The position numbers and the translations under genes were made by a program. Shown here one piece after another: positions 37,770-50,260 of a DNA stretch of 64,000 nt. The notes beneath the pieces were generated by a model. The model was not told where the DNA came from. It made no database searches and saw only the letters and a program-made list of their open reading frames with translations. Every line of letters begins with the position of its first letter. The stretch's first letter is position 1. The stretch comes from Octopus bimaculoides (Eukaryota): the NCBI RefSeq assembly GCF_001194135.2, contig NC_068981.1:150723810-150787809 (forward strand). Reading direction: 5' to 3'.

Positions 37770-38010
37770 AATGAAAAGTGCTGCCAGAACTAATATTGGT
37801 TTCAAATTCTGGCACAAGGCCAGCAATTTCAGGATAGGAGCCAAGTCGATTTGATCAACCCCAGTGCTCAACTGGTACTTATTTTATCAACCCAGAAAGG
37901 ATGAAAGGCAAAGCTGACCCCGGCAGCAATTGAACTAAGAACATAAAGATGGATAAAATGCTGCAAGGCATTTTGCCCAGCTGGCTAAAATTCTGCAGCT
38001 TGCTGCCTTC
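37770..38010 (-). mobile_element. SINE family M, full length
   Basis: Reverse complement of 38395-38600. Confidence 0.8.
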
Positions 38011-38169
38011 CTGCAACAATTAATATTATTACTTCAGAAATAAAAAGTTCCTAGTTTCAATCCTGTCTAGGACTGTGTACACCTTCAACAATAAGGCCCT
38101 TGATGATAAGATGTGATTGAACTGATTAAATAATATCTTGCATAATTCCAAACCTAAATATATTTTCTT

Positions 38170-38362
38170 AAGTACTGCCTGACTGGCCCTCATGCTGGTG
38201 GCACATAAAAGCACCCACTATACTCTCGGAGTGGTTGGTGTTAGTAAGGGCATCCAACTGTAGAAACTCTGCCAGATCAGACTGGAGCCTGGTGCAGCCA
38301 TCTGGTTTGTCAGTCCTCAGTCAAATCGTCCAACCCATGCCAGCAGGGAAAGCAGACGTTAA

Positions 38363-38395
<33 letters not shown>

Positions 38396-38600
38396 AAGGT
38401 GGAAAGCTGGCACACCAAGTAAAATGCTTAGCAGCATTTCATTCATCTTTATGTTCTAAGTTCAAATTCCACTGAGGTCGACTATTTCCTTTCGTCCTTC
38501 TAGGATCGATAAAATAAGTACCTGTTGAGCACTGGGACCAATGTAAATTGACTAGCTCCCTCCCTCAAACTTGCTGGCCTTGTGCCAAAATTTAAAATCA
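38170..38600 (+). mobile_element. Family B copy (38170-38395) followed directly by a family M SINE (38395-38600)
   Basis: Motifs as in the other family B and M copies. Confidence 0.85.
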
Positions 38601-39114
38601 ATATATACTCTTTTTCTTACATAACATGGACATATATAAGTTGGTGAATCAACTGACATTGTTTGGTTACAATTCCACCAATTAGTTTTCCATCTTTAAT
38701 ACAAACTAGATTTACAACATATTCTCATTTTACAAATGAAGGATGTGTTGAGAAATATTTCACTGCCATATTGGTGGGTCAAAGAACTATATAGAAGATT
38801 ACTTCCTGAGTTTAATAATGATGTTTTACTATATTGTATGGAAGAGATTATTATTATCCAGTAATTTATCTAAATTATAGAATAGATTTCTGTCTGCTGT
38901 TTACCAGAGGGCAGAGTGCTTTGATCCTATATGTTTAGGAATAGGACAAACAGAAAACACAAAAAATTCCCTCAAAAACTATCATAGTTAACTAGTTGTA
39001 GTTGTTATTGTCGTTATCCTCAGGTCAGCTATGATTCAGCAGATCTATGATCAAAGGGATAAGGTATTCAAATCATAACCATTTTATCTTTATCTGAGTA
39101 TGTAATACTATATT

Positions 39115-39440
39115 AGAAGATGCATGTGGCTTAGTGGTTAGAGTATTTAGCTCACAATCATAAGGTCACAAATTCAATTCCCAGCAGTGTGTTGTATCTT
39201 TGAACAAGACACTTTATTTCACATTGCTCCAGTCCATTTAGCTGATAAAAGTGAGTTGTACCAGTAATTCAAAGGGCCAGCCATGTTGCATTCTATGTGA
39301 CAATGAACCTCCCTGAGCACTACATTAAGAGTATTTGCATTTGTGAAGTGCTCAGCCACTTGCACATTAACTTCATGAGCAGGCTATTCTGTTGATCGAA
39401 TCAACTGGAACACTTGCTGTTGCAACTGACAGAGTGCCAT
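39115..39440 (+). mobile_element. tRNA-derived SINE (family D-like centre, family E tail) nested in a family U repeat
   Basis: Head gtggcttagtggttagag, centre ttgctccagtccatttagctg, tail gtgctcagccacttgcac..gagtgcca. The U repeat halves lie at 39000-39110 and 39445-39570. Confidence 0.75.
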
Positions 39441-39914
39441 TAATATTGCGTTATCTCATGTATCCTTCTCCTCACCATTTTGTTTTTTTTTTTGCAGATG
39501 GTGAGATTCAAGGAGATTTAGTAGCTATTTTTAGCAAGTGAAGCGAACATGTAGAGACTATCTTGTATGTGAGTGGACAACTAGAAGGTCTGACTTTGGT
39601 GCTTCCTTGGATCAACATCTGTTCTTTACATTCCAAATTTAAATCCTACTGAGGTCAACTTTGTCCTTTCATCCTTTTGAGGTGATAAAATAAAGTACCA
39701 ATCTAGTACAAGAGTCAATCATATTGACAAACAGCCTCTCATCATAACTGCTGGCCTTGTGCTAAATCAGAAATCATTATTTATAATAGTTGAAATCTAG
39801 AATAATCTGATTCTATTACACTAAGTACTGGCAGCTTAAACTACTTCATAAAGTAAGTATTAACCTAGTCTTTCCCTCCATTACTTCATTGAAGTGTATA
39901 GTGATAATTAACAG

Positions 39915-40600
39915 GTGCAGGCATGGCTGCATAGTTAAGAAGCTTACTTTGCAACCATGTGGTTCTGGGTTCAGTTCCAATGTGCAGCACTGAGCGTCTT
40001 CTACTATAGCCCCAAAATGCTTTATGGGTGAATTTAGTAGATAGAAACTGTGTGGAAATCTGTCGTAACCGTGTGTGTTTGTGAAGGTGTGTATTCATTT
40101 GTGTCTATGCTTTTTCCCACTCATTACTTTACAACTCTCTTTTACTGGTTTCAGTCATTTGACTGTGGCCATGCTGGAGCACCGCCTNNNNNNNNNNCTC
40201 TCTTTTACTGGTTTCAGTCATTTGACTGTGGCCATGCTGGAGCACCGCCTTTAGTCGAGTAAATCGACCCCAGGACATATTCTTTGTAAGCCTAGTACTT
40301 ATTCTATCAGTCTCTTTTTGCCCGAAGCGCTAAGTTACGGGGACTTAGTTATGGTAGAAGACACTTGCCCAAGGTGCCACGCAGTTGGACTGAACCCGGA
40401 ACCATGTGGTTGGTAAGCAAGCTACTTACCACACAGCCACTCCTGCACCTATGTTTACATTCCTGTAACTTAGTGATGTGGTAAAAGGAATCTATAGAAC
40501 AAGTACCAGACTTAAAAAAAAAAGGTATTGGGGTTGATCTGTTCAACTAAAACCCTTCAAGGCAGTTCCCCAGCTTGGTTGCAGAAGTAAAAGATAAAGA
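39915..40600. mobile_element. Young minus-strand family A SINE (40135-40447, internal deletion) nested in an older plus-strand family A copy
   Basis: The older copy resumes at atgtttacattcctgtaacttag after the insert. Confidence 0.7.
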
Positions 40601-41384
40601 TAAAACCAAATAGTAATTTTTGCAACATTAGTCCATTGTTAACTATTAAACAGAAACCTGAAAACAGCCTTTCCTTCAGAAATAAATGCAGAATGAATTC
40701 AAAAAACCTATGCATATTTTTAAAACCCTTTTGATAGCAACTCGCCTGAGGTTTACATTACAAAAACATCTGTTTTGAAGTGATGTATATACATACACAT
40801 ACACACACGCACACAGATATATATATATATATACACATGTATGTATATGTATACAAGTGAACAAATGAAAGAAAATTGTACTCAACACATTTGGTAGAAG
40901 TTACAAGTGATATATATATATATATCTCCACACACAGGCACACACACATTTCAGCCTTCTAAGAAGTTGTGTTCCAATCAGTGGTTAAATAATAAAGGAA
41001 TAGCAGGCAAAACACCTAGCAGTATTTAGTTTGAGCACTTTATGTTCTGAGTTCAAATCTTGCAGTGGATAACCTTGCCTTCAATCATTCAGGAGTTCAT
41101 GAAATACAATAGCACTGAAGTAGGAAGTGCAACTGGCCACAAAAATCTATCTAGAAAATCTCTGTCTGACAAATGTGGACACTAAAACGACCATAATATA
41201 ATATATTTAGAGATAGTTTTTCATTTCTGAAAATACATGCAATTAAATTCACAAAATGTATGCACTATTCATGTTACAACTATTATGTTACAGTATTTGT
41301 GTTCTGACGTTTTTCACACAGATGCCTGTGTACTTTCACATATATACATATATATATATATATAGGTAGATAGATAGATAGAGT

Positions 41385-41531
41385 CTTTTACTCTTTTACT
41401 TGCAGCCATGCTGGAGTACTGCCTTTAGTTGAGCAAATCAACCTCAGGACTTATTCTATCAGTCTCTTGTGCCAAACCGCTAAGTTACAAGGATGTAATC
41501 ACACCAGCATCAACTGATGTTTGGAGGACAA

Positions 41532-41583
<52 letters not shown>

Positions 41584-41745
41584 CACTTTTTTCAGTTTCC
41601 ATCTACCAAATCCACTCACAAGGCTTTCGTTGGCCTGAGGCTTTAGTAGAAGACACTCGCCCAAGGTGCCACGCAGTGGGACTGAACCCAGGACCATGTG
41701 GTTGATAAGCAAACCACTTACCACACAGCCACTCCTGTGCCTTTA
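41385..41745 (-). mobile_element. SINE family A
   Basis: Reverse complement of the reference copy. Confidence 0.9.
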
Positions 41746-42424
41746 ATTATTTATATGTATGTGTGTGCGTGTTTACTGCCTAGTCTGTAGTAATTGTTAT
41801 ATTCTTGTCATTTTTCAATGAAATATTTCATAAAAGATATGTAAATATATAAAATAACTAAGACCAGTGAATAACATTAATATATGCATAAAAGCAATAT
41901 ACAAATTGTCACTGACTAATCAGGAGAAATGAAATGGGTGAAGGACACCAGTGAAGTAGATGGGTGATATACAGTAAATATTTTAAACGAAGAACCATAA
42001 TGTAAATTGGTGAAGGGGAAGCAGGGAGAAGTGATGAAAGTAGAGAGATAGGAAAATGAGTGTCAACAGAAGAGGCAGATATGTTAAATACAATGAAAGA
42101 CAGACAGAAGTTGGAGATAGAAACAGAGAAAGGTAATAAAGAAAGAACTAGTGAATGACAGAGTAAAACACTGCTGAAGTTATGTTTAATAACTTATCAA
42201 TACATAGGAGTTAAATATATTTTCATTTATATGGAAATGTGGTGAATTAAAGATCATTATGGTATGAAATAGAGGTCTGAAAATTTTGTTTGCTTTTACA
42301 CAGAAATTAGTCTAAATAAGGTAACAGCCGCTGATCAACAAGAAATATATGTTCTAGGTTGAAGCTTATACACAGACCACACATATGCATATATATATGC
42401 ATATATATANNNNNNNNNNNNNNN

Positions 42425-42672
42425 NNNNNTATATACTTTATTTAAAAGCAGCAGAAATATAACAAAAAACTTTTACTCAGTGTTTCATGTTCCCGTTCAT
42501 CAGACAGTTTTGTTAGAAAAATGAAGCAAAACTGTCCAATGAACAGGACCGTGAAACTCCCAAAAACAGTTTTTTGTTATATTTCTGCTGCTTTTAAATA
42601 AAGCATATTACTCTACCTCTGGTATTTGAGTACTCTTTTTTCCACCTTGTTGCACATTTATGTGCTTACTCC

Positions 42673-42680
<8 letters not shown>
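42425..42680. mobile_element. Palindromic PLE-pLTR-derived double-hammerhead element (copy 3)
   Basis: Inverted arms tttatttaaaagcagcagaaatataac.. / ..gttatatttctgctgcttttaaataaag. The minus-strand arm has a CUGAUGA core. Confidence 0.8.
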
Positions 42681-42713
<33 letters not shown>

Positions 42714-43129
42714 ATATATATACATATACTTACACACGTGTGTATGTGTGTGTGTATAATTACCCACAATAACACTGAGCTAATATTGACTGAATGCTAT
42801 GTGCATGCTATGTAAATTAGGGGCCAATAAAAATTTAGGTGACAACAATGAATTTTGAGAGTGAAAGGATTTAAATAACCATTACAGTTATATGTTTTGT
42901 TTATTTTACCAGTTTCTGTCAGTGAGTTGTAGCCAAGCTGTGGAACTGATGCCAGAGGTTCAGTTAAAATCATACATATCAGTCCCAGAACTTATTTCAG
43001 TCCGATACTTATTTTATCACACTGTTAGTGATAGAGAGATACAAATACACATGTATGTCTACTTTATGACAAGATTTTGCATGTTTCCACATTAGAAGAC
43101 ACTTATGCAATATACTGAGCAGTGGGATT

Positions 43130-43475
43130 ACATCAGGAACTTCGTATTTCCAGGTTAAGTTCCTCTGTATGGCATCTTGTGCAAGTGTCTTCTACTATAG
43201 CCTCAGGCCAATCAAAGACTTGAGAGAAGCCCATTGTATATGTGCATGTGTATGAATGCGAGTATGTGTGTGTGTGTTTTTTTTTGTCCCCCACCACTGC
43301 TTGACAACCAGTGTTGATTTGTTAACATCTCTGTAACTTAGCAATTTAGCAAAAGGGACTGATAGAGTAAGCACCAGGCTTTAAAAAAACAAACATTCTG
43401 ATCAATTTGTTTGACTAAACTCCTTAAAGCAGTGCTCCAGCATGGCTGCAGTCCAATGAGTGAAACAAGTAAAAA
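43130..43475 (+). mobile_element. SINE family A, diverged
   Basis: Core and tail motifs. Confidence 0.8.
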
Positions 43476-43843
43476 ATGATACTGAATAACTTTAAGTTAG
43501 AGAATGAACCTATAAATAATAAACTAGTGGTAGGCCCCCAGTGAACAAGCTACTCCTAGCACCTGTGGTCATCAATGAAGAGTCAATAACCAAGAGAAAT
43601 GTTTACATAAAACTCCAACTTCTATGAAAATTCTAGGGTTCCTTGAAGTAAGGTAACTGTTAATGGCCTTATAGCTTGGTTAAGCTATACACAAAAACAA
43701 CCAGTAACAAGAGTATGTCAATGTATTATTTATTTTTGCTTCATTCAGTTACATACTATGAGGGTGAATACGATCAACAACTTCAATGACTCAGTCTCCT
43801 TCTTTAATGGAAGTCCCTTTTTTTGCTGACTGGCTCACTAGTA

Positions 43844-43953
43844 GCTAACCCACAATGAAATTCCTGTCTACAGCTCGTCTTCAGTCCTTGAGCAGTGCTC
43901 TACATACAAGGATTGAAGACAAACTGTAGACAGGAAGTTTACTGCAGGCTAAC
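43844..43953 (-). ncRNA. Long hairpin, candidate pre-miRNA or dsRNA editing substrate
   Basis: 47 gap-free stem positions around a 16-nt loop; on the minus strand 37 WC pairs, 7 G-U and 3 mismatches. Confidence 0.5.
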
Positions 43954-44193
43954 TAACCTGAAATAAATCAAACTGAACATTAACCACACTAACTCCACAA
44001 TCTTTCCATGTAGAAAAGACAGCGATAAATGAGAGTCCCTTCTTTAATTTAAGATAAGATGGTTAATTCTTTGACCATTCATTAGTTTGTTTAAAGAAAA
44101 ACATTCCCAAAAACTGAAAATAAATAACAAAAAATAATATAGAGATGAGAAGGAGAAACACAGTTGCCCTCCTAAAAATATTACAAGACTCAC

Positions 44194-44298
44194 CTTTTTC
44201 TTAGTTCCAACTACAACAGTTGAACACTTAAAATATGGGTAAGGATGTTAACATCACACTGCTACAGGTTAGAAACACACTTTTGCACCTGTTGAAAT
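44194..44298 (-). other. Candidate 105-nt non-coding exon
   Basis: Acceptor tttattgtttatttccag| and donor AAG|GTGAGT; stops in all three frames. Confidence 0.35.
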
Positions 44299-44944
44299 CT
44301 GGAAATAAACAATAAATATTATAGGTTATAATCTGGAAATAAACAACAGATATATGTATACATATGTCACAGTATGTGAATATAGTAAATGCTAACAAAT
44401 TTTATGTAGTGAATAACAATACTTTAACCAATCTAGACTTTACTCAGGATTAAAAGTAAATACTGGATCAATGATCAAATATAAAGAGAAATAGTTCCAT
44501 ATATATATGAAAATTTTTTTTTATGATTTGACTACAATAAGATCTCAAATTGTATTGCAAGATATGAATGTAGAGGAGGGAAATTGATATGACCTTTGTT
44601 AGATATAATGACAATGTCGGATATGTATATATGTGTAGCTGGGTGTTTGAGTGTGTATGTATATGAATGTGAGTGTGAGCATGTGTGAATGATGCTATAG
44701 TCATTACAATATACAAATTACAAGTAAATTAACAGTATTTTTTCTTTATGTATTACAATACCATAAGAGATATCTATATATTGTATGTATAGAGTGATGC
44801 CTTACACATAAATATATAACACCTTGTATAATCAATATCTTCATGGACGGAAAAAGAAAAAGGGTCAAATGGACAAGTTTAAATCCTATGTTGGGATTTC
44901 AGCAAGTGAGCAGCCTCTTTAACTGTCTACTGAGACAAGGTTTA

Positions 44945-45155
44945 TACAAAGGGAGCTGAGAAGTTCCTGGCTTTAAGGGTACCGTGAAAGGCCTGGTTGA
45001 AAGCCCAACCTTGCAAGTTCTTTTACAGGGCTAAGAAAAACTGGAGGTGCCACTGCAATAAGTGTGTGAATGTGAGAGGGGAATATGTTGAACAAAATCA
45101 TAATTGATCTTTATGTATTTTCTTTAACCTAAAGCCAGGAACTTTCCAACTTGTG
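44945..45155 (+). mobile_element. Mariner-derived MITE
   Basis: TIR core aagttcctggcttt / aaagccaggaactt. Internal CNKCVNVRGEYVEQ resembles a mariner transposase C-terminus. Confidence 0.8.
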
Positions 45156-45423
45156 GACAGTGTCTCAAAAGAAAGTTAAAAAGTGAGTTTACTATTTCTA
45201 AGGTCTTACATCTTTTGATACCAATCCACTTGAGACCACCTCAAGTTCTATGATACAAACTTTACATTCAAAATTCTCAAAGCTAAAAACCTTCAAAATC
45301 CTTCCAACAAAATTTTATGTTAATTGATACCCCAAATACCAGTTTATTAACAATACTTTATTTCAGTGCTAAACTAGACCAGAAAATATATCTATAGATT
45401 CTAGAATATATTTATATATAATA

Positions 45424-45590
45424 TTTCTACAGCTGGATGCGTTAGGAAGGGCATCCAGCTGTAGAAACTCTGCCAAATCAGATTGGATCCTGGTGTAGCC
45501 TTCGAGCTCCACCAGTCCTCAGTCAAATCGTCCAACCCATGCTAGCATGGAAAGCGGACGTTAAACGATGGTGATGATGATGATGATGAC
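45424..45590 (+). mobile_element. Family B copy with a 17-bp 5' inversion
   Basis: tttctacagctggatgc-gttaggaagg-gcatccagctgtagaaa. Confidence 0.85.
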
Positions 45591-46726
45591 ATAAATAAAG
45601 GTATTTACAATACTGACTAAAATCTATAGATATACTCTGACAAGGAAGTTTACAACATCACTGATGTCCCATCTCAACAAGGTACCATGTGGATGCCTGG
45701 GTATTTCAGTATCTCAGCCTTGCAATTAATGCTGGGTTTGGGATTACCTCAAAAATTTACCATTCTGTGTTATTTTCCCACCCTGATGTTATTAGGTGAT
45801 ACAGTGTTGGAAACATGAACCAGCTGTTAATTCAATACTGTACTTGCTTTTAAATAGACACCAAATTATTTTGTTAATCAAAAGCAGTTGTAAACAAAAC
45901 ATGGAAAAATAGAAAAGAATACAGAGAATATATTTTACATGAAAATAAAGCTGTTATTTCATGAAATAATTAGTATTGATTATTGTCATGGTAAAATAAT
46001 TACGGTCATGGCCAAAATAATAAAGGACAGCTGGTTTAGTTTCAATACAATGTTTGTCATAATTATTGTCATCATTAACAGTTTCTACATATATATTTAA
46101 CTGTACAAGTATTGACTGAACAGGTCAGTAGTAAATTCACAAGCTTGTTTAACTAGTGCAAATAAGCTTATTTGTCTATGTTGTAGTTTATTCACCATTT
46201 AGTGTTGATCAAGGTGTTCTAGGCATAACATCCCTTACTTTTGTATATCCAGTGTGTCCCGCCTATGTAAAAAATTTTAAATACCAATGTGTGATTTGAA
46301 GGAGATTTGACAGCTAACTAAGCAGGTCAAACAAAAACAAGAACACTTCCTTGTTAGTTCCTCAAGCTTAGTTCTGTGATCTACTGTTTTATCCTGCTTG
46401 CTTTGAGCAGGCTTCATTCATCAGACTGACACAACCAAGATGTTGCTCCAACTGATGTACCAATCTTCTTATACTGGAAGCCTTTCACTGTTAATCAGGT
46501 CCGGAACGCTCTGTTTCCAATCAAAAGAAAGCCAGTGACATGAATTTAAATCGTGAATGTGAAAAGCTTGAACAGATACTGAAAGGCATCCCACTAATCA
46601 ATTTCAAATAAAAAAGATGAAAGGCAAAGATGACCTCAGCAGGATTTGAAATCAAAATCCAGATGGAACAAATACAAGAAATTAATTCTATGCAAAGCTC
46701 AAATGACTCAGCCCATCACTACCTTT

Positions 46727-46772
<46 letters not shown>

Positions 46773-46783
46773 CTAACATGTTC

Positions 46784-47004
46784 ATAACCCTTTAATATTT
46801 AAACCAGCTATGTCTGGCTCAATTATTCTACATTTATATTCAAACTGGTCAATCCCTACCTCTCACACTTACCCTATGTCATTCGGAAAATAAACAATTC
46901 CATCATCAAATTCTCAAAGCTACAAGACAATGGATAACTAGTTTGAAACAATGTGAATAAAAATGCTTTACACTTGATAGATAATCTGAACACTGAACAG
47001 TTAA
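46784..47004 (+). mobile_element. piggyBac-type MITE, diverged
   Basis: Body is collinear with 7964-8188; ends cagTTAA. Confidence 0.7.
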
Positions 47005-48164
47005 AAAATTGAAAATGACCAGAAGTTGGTACTCAATACTAACACTTTGACTACGTTAATCCAAGTGGCATTACCTACAACAGGTAACCAAGTATATATA
47101 TACCCATATGTATGTACTTATATACATATATACATACATTATAAAGAAATTATATATATATATATNNNNNNNNNNNNNNNNNNNNNNNNNNNNNNNNNNN
47201 NNNNNNNNNNNNNNNNNNNNNNNNNNNNNNNNNNNNNNNNNNNNNNNNNNNNNNNNNNNNNNNNNAATATATCAATTATAAAGAAATTATATATATATAA
47301 TCTCTCAGATGATGGAATGGCATATACAAGCAGCTGTTTCATTTTCCACATGTACACAACTGCATTCTGTGTTTTTAAATAAAACATCCATAACATTTTC
47401 CTTCCAACTCTGTACAATATTTTCAAATACGTGTTAAACTGTGTAATCTGAATGCCAGTAAGACACAGATATTTATCCAAAGATAGATTTTTTTTTTAAT
47501 ATATATTTCATGTTAGGTATATTTAATATATCCAAAGATAGTTCGAATAAGAAAATATCAAGAGCAAGTAAGTTCTTAGAGGTGTCGTCATATCTTAGAA
47601 AATTTCTTATCTTTCATGATTAAGATCACTTTCTTGATTACATTCAATATATTTGGCACTGTTTATCGAAGAATCTGCTGCTATTGGCATTTCTCATAAA
47701 GTGGAAGAAATTGAAAGAATATTATATATTCATCTGCTGTGTGATGAATATGCAAGTGATGGGCAGGATGCAGCATCAAAAGATCTACAACAGTAACAAC
47801 TTCACGCATGAGTAGTGATGCTAGTGATTTCATGCAACAGTAAGTATGATCACTACATTATTCACATTTGAGCACAAACACACATAAAGGAAGGTTACAT
47901 TAGATAATGTAGTGGTGGAAGCACCACGTCTGAATATAGCAATAGAATGGTCACACTGGGAACACCCCTGATAATAGGTCTGTTTGATCAGGGGGTAAGC
48001 AACCACATTTCATAATGTAGATGACAGAAACTATTAATTATGTCTAGTAAACTAGCAGAGCAATTCATGGACTTCATTTCATGAGTCCTCCTGCAGCAAA
48101 TTCTACCACTGTGCCAGTATCAGATCTGAAGTCTTGATTCACTATTAGTTTAATATAGCATTGC

Positions 48165-48350
48165 TTAAGGCATGGCTGTGTGGTAAGAAATTTGCTTCCT
48201 AACCACATGGTTTTGGGTACAGTCCCACTGGGTGGCACCTTGGGCCAGTGTCTTCTATAGCTCCAGGCCAACTAAAGCCTTATGAATGGATTTGGCAGAC
48301 AGAAACTGAAAGAAGACTGTCATATACATTATATATAGCTAATAAGCATA
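48165..48350 (+). mobile_element. SINE family A, 5' half
   Basis: ggcatggctgtgtggtaag..ggcaccttgggccagtgtcttc. Confidence 0.85.
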
Positions 48351-48358
48351 TACATTTA

Positions 48359-48410
<52 letters not shown>

Positions 48411-48469
48411 CGCGCGCGCGTGCGTGTGTGTGAGTGAATGAGTGATAGAGAGAGAGAGAGTGCATATGC

Positions 48470-48695
48470 TTCACTGTTTCCTTGCTTTGCCTTCATGTGA
48501 TAGTTGTAAAGCAAATATCACCATTAAGCAAGACATGTCCTTCACTTCCAATCTTGCATGGGGAATATTACCTCACTGGGAAACAGGTGAGAGTTGGTGA
48601 CAAGAAGGGCATCTGGCTGTAGAAAATCTATCTCAACAAATTCCATCTGACCCATTAAAGCATGGAAAAGTGGATGTCAAATGATGATGATGCTT
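48470..48695 (+). mobile_element. Family C repeat (RTE-like tail)
   Basis: ggtgagagttggtgacaagaagggcatctggctgtagaaa..gatgatgat. Confidence 0.7.
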
Positions 48696-49589
48696 TCTTT
48701 CATACTCCCTTCTTATATTTTGAGGTCACTCTCTGGATTGGACTGGAATTTTATGTACTCCCTTGTTAGCAAGCACATGAGTGTTACCCATGTTGATCAT
48801 AGTGTAAGGATGATATATGATAAACATCAGAGGTTTGAAGCCATGGAATAATGCTAAATGTAAATTTAATTTTAAAATTAGGATTTAAATTCTTTAACAT
48901 TTTATCTCACCACGATCACAAAATTTTGTTTTAATGCGGTAAACTATCAAGGTTTGTATCAATGAACAGCTTCTGTGTAAGATAGGTAGTGCCTGCCAGA
49001 CTAAAACTATAAATATGAATTATTAAATATATAAAAATAGATGATTTCCAATTCATTAAAACCTTCTAATTAAATGCATGGAATTCAGTGAATAATTCAA
49101 TAAAGAGCCAATACTTTGATGTTAGACAGACATTATTTCTGCTGCTTTTCAACTTCAATATATGTGTTACAATCAACCATATTAAACCCATGTTGTGTAA
49201 GTTCAGCTCCAGAAGGCATTACATACAGAATCATAGAAGCAGAATAATTTCTGATTTTGCTTTGTATCTAATGTGTACATGCACATTTATATTGCATATT
49301 TGTTTACATTTTGTGCATGTGTTTGCCCTTGGTGAATGAGCTCATTTTACTCTATGTATTGAAAATACAAATGTGTATGTGTATGCTGGCACACATCCAT
49401 ATGTATATGTATGTGCATATTCTTATTGCTGTGTATAGCTATCTCCATCATTTGTTCTTTTCTTTAGATTTAATTGATATATATTAAAAAGGTGAAAACC
49501 TGATGATGAAGCATTTTATTTGTCAAACGATTGTTACTAGAAATATACAAAAAATAATCGCACATGATGAAGTGAATATTCAACATTTT

Positions 49590-49955
49590 GGCACCACCAA
49601 CATGCTACTACAATTAACTAGCATTCTACTATCACTAACGTACCATTATCACTATACTAACATGCTACAACCATAAAGTAATACACTATTATCATAAACA
49701 TACTACCACCACAAACTAAAATACTATTAATACTTAATATGCTATAATTACTAACTAATCATCACTAATACACTACAACTTATACCATTCTAATACACTG
49801 CCACTACAAATGCACAACAACTAGTAACATACTACCAGCATTAATATACTACAAACAGTTGATGCCACTACTAATACGCTGCAACCAGCACAACATACTA
49901 CTATCACTTACATAATATCTGCATCAATTAATATACTACAACAGTTAACTAATAC
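49590..49955. repeat. Degenerate (ACT)-based minisatellite (ccactactaacatactac-like)
   Basis: Recurring actactaac / aatatactac motifs. Confidence 0.7.
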
Positions 49956-49957
49956 TA

Positions 49958-50260
49958 AAGGTAAAGATTCTCTTTGGTCATGAATGACCATGGAATTGTA
50001 CCTAGAAAGTTACCCTCCAAGATGCAAATCCAGGTAAGGTTGTTTATAGAAGACCAGCAGTCGCCCATGCATACCAGCCTTCCCTCTCCACACCACTGAT
50101 GCTATGCAAGGGAAAAGCAAAGGCTAATACAGCTTGGCACCATGATGTCACAGCTCATTTCTACAGCTAAGTGAACTGGAGCAACAGGAAATAGAGATCA
50201 CAACATACAGCCCAGTCTGGGAATTGAACTCACTACCTCATGATTGAGGGCTTTCACTAA
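49958..50260 (-). mobile_element. SINE with family D-like centre and a distinct 3' tail
   Basis: cagctaagtgaactggagcaac centre and ggaattgaactcac B-box complement. The tail differs from 5092-5265. Confidence 0.65.

Noticed and set aside
40135-40250. 53-bp direct duplication
   Set aside because: Identical copies on either side of a 10-N gap; typical unmerged contig overlap.
43668-43688. tatagctt-ggtt-aagctata palindrome near the main hairpin as a clustered miRNA
   Set aside because: Only an 8-bp stem; too short and expected by chance.
49495-49545. Additional hammerhead-like motif (cctgatgatg..aaacg), and another at 41295-41340
   Set aside because: Stems or core are incomplete; probably PLE pLTR debris but cannot be folded convincingly.
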